This document shows, piece by piece, positions 1-11,400 of a stretch of DNA of 64,000 nucleotides. The number at the start of each line of letters is the position of its first letter. Positions within the stretch are counted from its first letter, which is position 1. The position numbers and the translations under genes were made by a program. The notes below the pieces were generated by a model. It was not told where the DNA came from. It saw nothing but the letters and a program-made list of their open reading frames with translations, and searched no databases. The DNA comes from Dimorphilus gyrociliatus (taxonomy: Eukaryota > Animalia > Annelida), in NCBI GenBank assembly GCA_904063045.1, contig CAJFCJ010000005.1:3811689-3875688 (forward strand). Reading direction: 5' to 3'.

Positions 1-385
1 AGAAGAATATAGAATTTCATCTTGATTTTAGGTATATAGTATTTATAAACCTAATAGAAATGAAAGAGAAAAGATGGATGATAGAGAGAGAGAAAGAAAG
101 ACAGAAAAGAAAGAAAGAAAAGAGAGAGAAGGAGGGAAAAGAAAGATAGTTTGCATTATATATAAAGAAAATCTATCAAAGATATAAAGAAAGCGAAGTA
201 TTTAAATAGTTAATAAATTAGAAAATAGTTTAAAAATAAGAAACTTTGAACAAGAAAGTCGAATTGATAAAATCTTATTAATCTCTATATTACTTAATCT
301 CTTTACTTTTTCTTTGCAAAAATTTATCTGGCAGTCATTTTGAATGTTTTTTTTTCTTTTTTGTCAAATAAAATGAATTTTGTGA

Positions 386-416
<31 letters not shown>

Positions 417-499
417 TATAAATATATATATTTATATACAAAGTTGTACTGTATATGCTGTATATGAAGTATACAAGAATATACATATACACCGAGAGC

Positions 500-582
500 G
501 AGAGAGAGAGAGAGAGAGAGAGAGATAGAAATAGAGATAGAGATAGAGATATAGATAGACAGATATGGGAGAGAGAGAGAGA
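500..582. repeat. Compound (GA)n/(GATA)n-type microsatellite
   Basis: Direct reading; accounts for several spurious ORFs at 335-623. Confidence 0.9.
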
Positions 583-640
583 GACATGGTATGTATGTCA
601 TGGCAAGTAAAAGTTATTTTCATCTATTCCTTCCATTCCT

Positions 641-3342
641 CTAGACGAAAATGTAGGCTGTCCAGTAGACAATGTTAAAGGTGAGAAAGGCTAGTGGAAA
701 GGCTTTTCTTGATATTTTATCGATCTTTCTGGCCTTTTGTCGACCATCCGGATCTCGGACGTAACCGCGCTTGTCCATTGCTTCGCGGAAATTGCGTCCG
801 TTGTTGATAATGTTAATCTGTGAGGTTAAGAATAACAAACTACTTTTTCTCAATAATGGATTAATAGCTAATGGAGGTAGGTGGGTAAGAGAAAAATTGT
901 GTTTACAAGAAAAGTGTTATAAAGAGAGGAAAACTGATTAAAACCTGTTCAAGTGCAATCTCCTCCTGATGTGTAGGTTGTGCTGCCGCTGCTGCATGAC
1001 CTGCTAACAATGCTCTTTTCCGGAACGTATTACGAGCTGATTGACGAATTTCCTTTCTTGAAAATACATTAACAACGGCAAATTCTAGAAGAGAAGCAAA
1101 AACGAAGATCAAACACATCGACATCCAAACGTCTATTGCTTTTATGTAGGAAACACGAGGAAGCTGCGACCTATTCCCCGTCGATTGTGTTGTCATCGTC
1201 AATACAGTAAGCAGGCCTATTGTTACTCTTGCCGGTATGGCGTCTATACTTATCCAAAACGCAACCCAGGAAAGAATTACGATGAGAACGCTTGGTATAT
1301 ACAATTGAATCATATAATAGCCGATATCCCTCTTAAGAACGAAGTTAACCGACAAACAAGGATAGGAACCAGTCGTATAGTTTTGGGAACAATCTTTTAG
1401 GAAGAACTTGACGAACCTAAACTGAGGTAAATCCAGCTGACCAGAATCCATTTCAACTGGATTATCCAGCCAGTCGTAAACTAAGGTGTCCGTTGTGTAT
1501 CCAACTGTTGTTGTTTATAAAGAGAGGAATCGAGATGAAGATATATTGATATATTGATATATATATATAAAATATGAGCAGATTGAGACATGAGAGATAG
1601 ATAGATGGATAGATAAATAGATGTATACACGGCAGAGAGAACAGAATTCGAAGATTGAAGGTAGAGCGATGCAAAAAAAAAAAAATTTATTGTTTATATT
1701 GATTGCCATAACAATATAGTTTAATATATACTGACAACTTTCGAACATCATGGGACAAGTTTGTGTGTCTAGAGGGTATTTGTGCAATTTCATCGGGCAG
1801 GAAAGCGTTGCGGTAATTCTGCAGTTTTTTAATCTCATTAGGATTTTATAAAGAGTATTGATCGTAATTCTTTTTTTCATTCTTTTTATTTTATCACCTA
1901 CTTACTTGGAAACATACCACAACATACCACTATTCTTTAGCGTCAGTAGCCTATTTGGAGTTGTTATATCGTGGTATTTAGCTAATTTTTCATTTCGAAA
2001 AAAAACATCCGGAATCCAAATCTTGTTCCACGTTTCATCTTCTAATTTTATTTCTGTGGTATTTATTCCATTGATTTTTCGAGGTTTAAATTTTAATCTT
2101 CTGTCCGTCCAATTTTGTCTTAAATAAACGTTTAACGAATAGTCCTGTGTCGTTTTTATGAAAATAGAGTAAATTACTATAATTATATTATTCAATTTCC
2201 CCAATTTCAAATCATCCCCAACGATTTGATAAGAAAACTGCTGTTTTCTTTCAGTATCCTAATATTAAGGAAAAAACCTATTGTATTATTTCTATATTAC
2301 TTATATATTCCATATAAATAAACATAAATAGATTTGTAACTTATATATCATTACAAAATACATTTTATTGTAAAGTATATACAAAGTTTTCTCCTTTATT
2401 TATATATTAAATACCCTTGTACTATTTTTATCTATATGTTTATTTACAGTTTAGTAGTTTCCTTAGATAGTTAATATATATATATATATATTTATAGTAT
2501 ATATGTAAAACGAAAGAGAAAAAAAAGAAAAAAAAACTCGCCATGGTTTGTTCGCTTATTGCGTAAAAGCTATTTATGTAAATGCCAAGGCGCACGTTTG
2601 TTGGTCCTGCGTAACAAATAATTCTAAAATAGCAAGTAATATTTTAATTGGGTATAGAAAACATTTAGGCCTATAAAGGGTGTGACAAACATGCGTGCAA
2701 TTCAGAGAAAACAATATACAACAAACGTTTGATAGCATGCAACTAATTTATTTAATTAAAAAAGCATAAGAATCGAAGTCTTTTAACGATCATATCAAAA
2801 GCATAAAAAAGTATAAAAAAAATAAAAGAAAGGAATATTGAGTGGATAAGGGAAGAAAGAAAGAGAAAGAGAGAAAGAGGGAAAGAGGGAAAGATAGAGA
2901 TAGATAGATAGAGAGAAAGAGAGAAAGAGAGTGAGAGACAGACAGACAGAGAGAAAGAAAGAAGAAAGAAAATGATACTGAAGGGAAAAGTTTTGTTTTG
3001 TTTGGTTGGTCGTTATGATGAAATTATAAAATAAATAAAAAAGAGATTGGTATATATCGTGAAGAAAGAATAAGAAAAAAAACGAAATATGTAAATTGAA
3101 TAGAGCAAATCGAATAAATAAAAAAAAATGATTCTTCCTATCAAAAATCATCAGTTAGGATGAAGATCATGCAATGAAGCCGTTCATTCTTCAATCGTTA
3201 ATTTGCATAAATAAATCCAAGTGCTTGCTCGAGAGTATTAAATTAGACGATAGAAAGAAAGAAAGGTAGTGTAATCATAAAAGAAGAAAATTGAGAAAAA
3301 GAAGAAAAGGAAATAAAAAAAAAGCTTTGAATATATATACAG

Positions 3343-3392
<50 letters not shown>

Positions 3393-4234
3393 ATGTATGA
3401 ATTTCCCATGTTATATGAATATCGGTATGGAATATTAAGTATATAAATATGCATATTTCTAAAGATACATGTGATATTTCTATAATTTATGTATAGGACA
3501 TATTTTATAAAATAATTCGTTAATATATATATATATACTGTATACTGCACATGGTTAATTGATATTCATATAACATAGGCTTTTGAAGAGCGTTTAAGAG
3601 TATCAATTAATTATTAATTAATGATTATGAACGGTTTTTTTTTTATTAATGTTTCTTTCCGGTTGATTAGGAAATAATAAAGAATGAAAGAAATAAAGAG
3701 AGAAGGTTTGAAAGAAAAACTAAAATAGATTATTTTAGGCTTTGTTTTTTATTTTTATTTTTTTGTTGTTTTGTTTTATATTGTCTTGTTTTGAACGCCT
3801 TACCAGGATATGGCGGTGACCGACCGTACTTTCGTTGATATGATCGTAAAAGCTTGCTAGCTAGTTTACTTTTTCTGCAAATCAAAAATATACACGGTAG
3901 GAATTTAGACTTTTTTAAGGCCTATATTACATCCTTGATTCGTTTCTTTAGGCATGCCGAAACGTATTTACAGGAAAATGCCAACAACACAAGAGAAAAC
4001 AACTAAATATAGGGCTACCATTTGGAGGAGGATCCTGCCGTTCGTAGCCTTTCAAGATGTTCGTTACGAATTTGCTCGTCGTCATGCCTCTTCGTTTATT
4101 GCGCCTGAATTTTTTTCCACAATTCAAGAATTTTTAACAATTTTTGTTTTGTTTTCATTTGTTTTAGATTTCCATTTTGTTTTTTAAATAGAAGAATAAA
4201 GTTATATTTATACTAGATTTCTCCTATAAATAGT

Positions 4235-4265
<31 letters not shown>

Positions 4266-5442
4266 GATATATCGATATATATATATATACTGTATATGTC
4301 TATATCTACTGTATATCTCGTCCTCTGAGGCTGAGAAGTTTTATTTTCTTTCATTTATTTCAAACAGATTCACCCAAAAGGTTTTTTTGCAAGTATAAGA
4401 ATTCCATATAAATAAACTAACATGTACACTATATCTATATATAAAAAAGAAAGTATTTTATTTGTTTTCTCCCCTCTTTTGATAAGACTGACTATTATTA
4501 TTACAATCAATCAGTCAAAGGAATAATTTTCATTAATTATTACGTCGTTATTTTAATTTATTTCCTCTTTTTTGTTCCTAATTTCAATTTAGAAAGAAAG
4601 AAGGAGAAAAAAATGAAATTAGGTGTATCCAAGCATTTACTTAATGTTTTTTTTTTCTTCTTCTTTTCTCTCTTGTTTCATGAGGATAAAAAGGAAAACA
4701 AATCGGCTTACGTAGATCGGATACGGGCATTGTCGAATGTGTCAGAAATGTAATTCATTCGCAATTCTAAATTACATCTATGACACATCCGACACCGTCC
4801 GCAGAGAGGCGATAAATGAACAAAAAATCTGCGAACAGCTAATCTTTATATATAACGTGTCTACGTGTTCAAGACGGATGAAAACGTGTTCAAAGCAAAC
4901 AAATACAGGTGAATTTTAATGATCACTTTTTTTTGTCCAATTTAAAACTATAGGAAAGATTTATACAGCATGATATAATATACATATAATTTATATTAAT
5001 ACATATATATATATATACGGTATATACTATATATAGTTTGAGCTCGTTTTATCATGCTGTATGTATGGAATACGAAAACTGGTCTCGAATTTTCATATAA
5101 TTTATTATGTAGGCCTAGAGCAAAAAAAGAAATATTTTTCTCTCCTCACTGTATACATTAGAAAAAGTGTATACAATAAAGTATATGTAAATATTAATAT
5201 ACATATAGTGAGAATATTTAATTTCAAAACGAAAAAAGTTCAAGAAAACCGTAAACTTATATGTTTTAATTACTTTTGAATATTATGTCTTAATAAATAT
5301 TCATAAGGCAATACTTTTAATTAATGAATATTAATTTCTACCTGGATGTTTTTGTCTTATTTTTCTTAGCATCTGCCAAGTGGACGGAAGATAGTATGAC
5401 TAGAACGATTAGGATGAACATTAGAACGCCATCTGCCTGCAT
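641..5442 (-). CDS. Anion-selective Cys-loop ligand-gated ion channel, GluCl/glycine-receptor-like subunit
   Basis: Exons (minus): 5442-5342 (signal peptide MQADGVLMFILIVLVILSSVHLADA), 4828 or 4777-4712, alternative 4104-4019 or 3874-3804, 2606-2542 (GPTNVRLGIYINSFYAISEQTM), 2144-1906, 1818-1736, 1504-945, 817-641 (stop TAG). All junctions are phase-compatible. Cys-loop CPMKLHKYPLDTQTC, loop-C disulfide CSQNYTTGSYPC, anion filter PAR in M2 (IPARVTIGLLTVLTMTTQ), TM4 IDKISRKAFPLAFLTFNIVYW. Confidence 0.93.
3348..3387. repeat. (TA)n microsatellite
   Basis: Direct reading. Confidence 0.95.
3804..3874 (-). CDS. Alternative exon 3B of the GluCl/GlyR-like gene (KSKLASKLLRSYQRKYGRSPPYP)
   Basis: ttgcag|A...CCT G|gtaagg; 71 nt; phase 2 in, phase 1 out; paralogous in position and motif (LL..Y......PP) to exon 3A. 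Confidence 0.75.
4019..4104 (-). CDS. Alternative exon 3A of the GluCl/GlyR-like gene (RNKRRGMTTSKFVTNILKGYERQDPPPN)
   Basis: ttcag|G...AAT G|gtagcc; 86 nt; phase 2 in, phase 1 out; resembles the N-terminal helix plus 'L..GY....P' motif of Cys-loop receptors. Confidence 0.7.
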
Positions 5443-8400
5443 CGTTCTGTGCTCTACAAAACGAAATTAAAGAAGATTAATTATAAGAAAAATCATTGAA
5501 ATAATAAACCAACGTAATAGGCAAGTTTAGCAAGAGGAATACGATAAAATACATATAGACGCCTATTGAATTTCGAATAATTTGAAAAAGAGTCGAAAAG
5601 TTGATATGTTTCTGAGTAAACGACGATATGTGTATACGCATATGTATATCCGGCTAAGAATGTAAATATATCGACATAGAATGCCAATACAGTTTCTTTC
5701 CTTTCTGTTCTTCCATTTTTCTCCTTCTTACACACACTTAGTTACTCATTCGCTCTTGCTCGCTAGCTCACATTTTCTCTTTCTTTTTCAGTTCATTCCA
5801 TCATACTCAGCCGTAGGTCGGCCTTCTCGCCAGACTGCAATTGCGGTTGCGAAAACAGCTACTTTTCTTATTCCGTTCCATCAACGGAAGGCTTGTTACG
5901 GGCTTAAAGCATGCTAGCCTCTCATTACTTTTGCTTGGTCTCTATCGCGAGTTTATTGCTTTAAGGAGGCTTAGCGCAAAAAGTGTTTCTAGTCGGAACG
6001 GGATTTGTACTAAAGCGTCCGATGATGGATGTTTTCGCCCTCCGATAATCCCCTCTTAAGCAGTGCTACTTTATTTTTTTTTAAAGTCCTCTCGCCTCAC
6101 TGAGTTTACTTACTTTCTTATCCTATACAGGCTTCTTGGCTCACATCGATTCGTCGTAAACGTCCTTTAGCGGGTCGAAGGTGACGTTCGGTTTTCGTCT
6201 AGCATTCTAAAAATAGAGAGCGCAATTAGGAATTCTTTCACTCAAAAATTATGTACAGTTGGCAGATCAGATTACTGTTCGATCAATGATTTGTGGATCT
6301 TCAAAGGCATAATATATCCGTTACATGTATTCTAAAACCACCTTAGCTGTACGCTATTTTGTTTTTTGTTTAAGTGTTAGAATATGCACAGTTATCTAAA
6401 TTTTCGTCTCAAATTGCACGTAAAGCCAATTTAAAAGTATAAAATACTTATTCCAGAGTATATATTCAAGAAAAAAATTGCTAGTGCACATTAATCACTA
6501 GAAGCGTCGCCTTCGAATCGAACGTCTGTAGACACAGAAGCGTCTTTCGAGTGCATAGTAAACATCATAAAGTCTAAGAAAAGTGTTCTCGAACGAAGCG
6601 CTTACGATTGATATCCCGTTATAATATATAAACCATCTTTTAACTCTGTGTTTTTCTTTTCTTTCCTCTTCCTCTTTTCTCATAATCTAGCTATCTCTTG
6701 TTTTTTTTCTCCAATCCTTATTCCCTCCCCCTTATCGTCTTCGTTATAAGAGGGGAGGGAAGAAAATAACTAAAAAAATAGGCCTAATACTTATTTTTCG
6801 CCAATAAAATAAATAAAAGGGTTAAAGACATTTAGACAGATAATACGCCCAAAGAGAAAGAGTGGGAGAAAAAACACAGACAGGATAGAGAGACAGAATA
6901 AGAGATAGAGTGAATGAAAATAAGAGTGAAGGTGAAAGAGAGATAGAATAAGAGAGAGAGAGAGACGGAGATTTTCGTTGTTTTTGTTTGACTTTTAACA
7001 TCTGTTAGACGGTTATAGACAAGGATAGTTAAAGATAGTCTTCCATTCTAATTGGGCTTTATATCTAGAGGCGTTGTTACAAGGTAGCTTTGATGAATGA
7101 ATAAAATCGATTGGTAAGGTTGAAATTAAAAGTCCGCAACGATTGCTCTTTAATTATAGGAAAAACAATTAAGTTTAAAAAAAAAACCAGATCCGAATTG
7201 AATGTTACATATCAATAGTAGTTATGGAAGGGAAGTTGGGGAAGTAAGACGGAGCGGAGGGGAGAGTGTGAAAAACTATGTGATCGAAAGCGAAAGAGAA
7301 AGAGTGCGAAGAGGAAAGAGCACGTGAAAGAGAATAAATAGGAAAAGGAAGGAAATAAAAAATAAATAAGGGTTAAGAGTGGATAAAAAGGATTTCTTGC
7401 TTTCTTATTTATTTTTGGAAAATGGCGTTTAAATTAAAGTGTGATGAACAGGAAAAGAAATACGAAAAGAATCTTGATAGGCACAGAAGAGGAAAGGATG
7501 GAAAAGATGAAGCGCTGACTGCAATATTAATCATATAAATTTACGTATACGCCAAACAGGAGAGAGATATGGCTAGGGTCGGGGCCGTTGCGGATTAAAT
7601 GCCAACTGTCTTGCACAAAGATAAGATATCTGCTTAGCGTTTTCTCTTTTTTTCGGCAATAAAATGGAAGAAGAGGCAGGAAAGTGGGGGGTGAAGATTG
7701 GTTCAACGATTATTATCTCGGGCTGTGTTCTATGTATCTAGAAGCAAGAGGGTGTGGCGTTTGAAAAAGAAATTGTGAAATAAAATCGATTAATAAACTC
7801 TCGGTAGAGATTAATTATAGAGGCGTTGGCTAGTTGTATTTACACGAGGATCAGTTCGGACTTTAGCTATACCGAATGGCACTCGAAACGGCGAATAGGT
7901 TGACGTGATATGAATTTAATTCATCATCATCCATAGAAATCACTTGTGACGCCCTACGCCATTTCGGCAACGGTTGATCGAACCTCCGTTCCTATTCCTC
8001 TACTGTTAGATCGTTTAGTTTCTTTTTTTTCCTCTTGAACAACTTTTATACTTTAATATAGTTTATGGCCAACTGAAATATTTATTAGCTAACTTATGAA
8101 AAATAGATTGAAATATAATCAATTGACTACGTTCTCTTCTATTTACAAAACGCCAATAGTAGATGTTCCAGCCAGCTGACATTTACTATAAAGAGCAGAA
8201 AATGCTCATCAGCAATTTCCACAAATGTGTAAATAGCTTAAGCGACAGTTGAGTTTACGGAATGGACAGATAGACATAAAGATTGGAGAAAAAAAAAAAG
8301 TAAAAAGTTTTTTTAAAGGAGATAGAAAGAAAGAAAAAAAAGCGGAGTTTGAGGCGGCGGCGGCGGCGGTAGATGCGGCGGCAGAGTCACAAAATGAGAA

Positions 8401-11400
8401 TTATGATTTTGCCGCCTCTTTTTTTTTCACACAAATAATCGTTATAATTGCGTATCGATCTGTTGAAATATAGTAATGTATATCGTCTCCAAGTTTTGTG
8501 ACAAACTCCATCACGCTTTCATTCACCTTAATTGACCTTACAAACAACTCTAAAATTGCTCGTCGCCCTTCAAAATGTTTCCCTAATATTCACTTTAAAC
8601 TGTAATATTCCTATTTTTGACAGTTTTTTTTTCTCTTTTACCCTCTCAGGCAAAATACATAGCATATGCATTTAACAATGAATATGATAGAAAAAGCAAC
8701 TGTACAAGCTAATGGGTATGTGTAAAATCAATTCATGTATTGTTTTTAAAATCCTTCATATTTATTTCATCATGTCTATAGCCTTTTTTTAAAAAAAAAA
8801 GTAATTTACAGCCTTTGTTGCTTAAAAGTAGCCTTTTTGCCCTCTTTTAAACATCCAGCACAAAAAATGAAATCATTCATCTGGTTGTACTGGCAAAAAG
8901 AAATATATGGAAAATTATTAGTGACCGAGGCCGTTTCTTTTACTATCGAAAAATAACAAGGTAGAGGGTTTGTTGGAAAAGGAAAGAGAAAGAAAAGATA
9001 ATATATTGACGTGCTTGGCGATTAACGGTAAATTAACTCTATACGTCTTCATTACTAGGATGGAGAATACAGTGTAAAAACTGATGGGGACGTAATTAAG
9101 GGGAAAGGGGAATGAAAGCTAAGTTAGATATCGGAGAGGAGAGATAGTAGAAAAAAGTAAAAAAAAGAGAATTTTGCTTTAGAAACCAGAGTGCAGGTAT
9201 AAGAATATTATAAATGAATAAATGAGTCTTGACGCTATGTAATAGTGGTTTTTGACGCTTTTCCCTTTTGTATTAATAATTATACTTATGTATAAAACAT
9301 ATACTTACGATGGAATGCCATCTAATGAAGAATCGACAAAGCGTAACCGACACTGACAAATCCACGAAATTTATACTTGAAAAGTTTTGCAGTTGGGCTG
9401 TTATCCTTCTCTCGAAAAAAAAAAAACGACGAGCTAAAGGGGAGCTAACGCGCCCTCTACAGTCACTTAATTATGACGTCATCAATTAAGCTCTCCTACG
9501 ACGAATAGCCGCCTCAAGAATGTGACTTTTACAATCGTACACCATAGATGTGGACGGAAGTGAGTAGATGAGTTGATAAAGAGTAGGTGAGTGAGTGAGG
9601 GCATGAGGTGGAAAAGGGTGGAATAGCAGAGAAGTGAAGTAGGCGGAAAGGGGGGTAGGAAAATAAAAAAACAAATAAGCGCTTCATCGAACTCGTAAAA
9701 AGCGGAATAAAAAGCAAATCCCGTAAATCTCGATCGGTCAACGTTAAAAGAAAAATAGACGGCAATGAACTGCACCAGTCAGGCCTCCAACCGAGATAAG
9801 AGTTACAATCGCTGTTCCCGCCAGACCATTGCTTGTCGTTGCATACGTTTCCTTCTTCTCTTTCTCCATCCTTTAGCCAAAAATTTAATTTGACGGTTTC
9901 GTCTAATCTAAACTACTTTTTCATCATAAGTATTACTTTCTCTATGACTTCCTCCTAACTTTGAACTTTCTCTACTCCTCACCCTGATCTCTCTTCTTGT
10001 AATACTCCATACTTTAGTACTGTATTTATTCTCATCTCTCCATTCTTTCTGGTTGTTGTATTTACCTATTTTTTCCCAACATCTAATGCGGATCTTTTCA
10101 GTTTTTTCCTCTATCGAAACGTGAGAATGACACGACGGATGACATTAAAGAGAGTTGGCGTTTTGATTCGCCGAAATCCCAACGCGTCTTCCTGTACCAT
10201 ATCCTCTTTCAATAAAAAACCTATACGCTATTTCGACCTGAGTCGGTTGGGAGGGAATGGGGTGTCCATGGAAAAAAGCTTAGTAACACGGCAAATAGGC
10301 AATTCGTCGAGAGGAAACGCCTCGCAGCATTGTCGAACCGTCTAAAAAAAAAAAAATTTTAGCTCACCCAATCTATGTAGTGTCAATAGGGTCTAACGAT
10401 GTTTCCACCGTAATTTCGTTTTTTTTTACTTTTGCAGTTTGTATAGCTGTTGTCGAAAAGAAAGAAAACTTCCTGCCTCCTTCCTTTATACCATATACCT
10501 AAGTATATCTAGGCTTAAATTAAAGATATATACCTAATTTCGTAATGATTCCAAAATATTATATGGCAAACTATTCATTAGATGTACATTTCGGCCTTTT
10601 ACGTGACAAACGGTAATGTTGCTTCTAAAACTCTTAATATCCGACAGTATGCCCAAGTCTAAATAAATAGACAAACGCCGTTTGTATAAACTGTTAAAAA
10701 AACGATAGCAAAAGAACTCAGGGTGGAAGTTATCAGAGAGAAGAGTTTACATTAGGTGGAATAGTAGACTTCTTTACGCTTTGCGTCCGTTAACCTTGTA
10801 TTAGGAATGAGAGTGAAAAAATTGAATGCGTCAAGAGATCGGAAAAAGGCGGCTGACGCAAATTTACATCCCATTAGAATCATTCTCTCGCCATTTCCTT
10901 ATTTTATTTAAAGGCTGCTATACTCTCATACTCCCCGAGAAAACTCTGTAAGGAAAAACACTTCTCCACCATTCCCACATATCCTATTATGAACATTTCG
11001 TGATATTTGTCGAATATTTTTATTGAACGCTACTGCTAAATTGAATTGAACAGTTCTCTTATATTGAACAGGGAGAAGACCCTACTAGTTTGCTATTGTT
11101 TAAAAATTGATAGGAAATAAACCTGTAAGTAAGTAAGTAAGTAAGGATGTGTGTGTGTCTGAGTGTAGATGAGGAGAGAGACGAGAGGGGGAAAGGTGTA
11201 GACAGTTCCCTAATTTCAACACTATCTTTTAGCACCCTAGCTACACGCCCCTCTTACCTTGTTCCCCCAGCTGGCCTTCCAACGTACTTCTTTCTCCCAG
11301 GTCCGACCGCTTAATTTTCTTCCATCAATAATTTAACGCTGACCAACCGTTTTACCATATACTATTGCTTTAGTTTTCCTTTTACGGAAATCTATTGAGT

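Noticed and set aside
335-623. Three overlapping ORFs (YIYI, SLSL and ERER repeats)
   Set aside because: Translations of (TA)n/(GA)n microsatellites in the receptor's 3' region; the same applies to the ORFs at 2795-3151, 3347-3550, 16451-16725, 32074-32259 and 60624-60908.
2145-2261. Open frame upstream of the DYSLNVYLR exon (DTERKQQF...IKTTQ)
   Set aside because: The true upstream exon (2606-2542) gives the conserved family sequence through a GC-AG intron; this open frame is intronic.
8249-8473. Poly-Ala ORF with a (GCG)n tract
   Set aside because: Low complexity, GTG start and no homology; more likely a UTR or regulatory triplet repeat.
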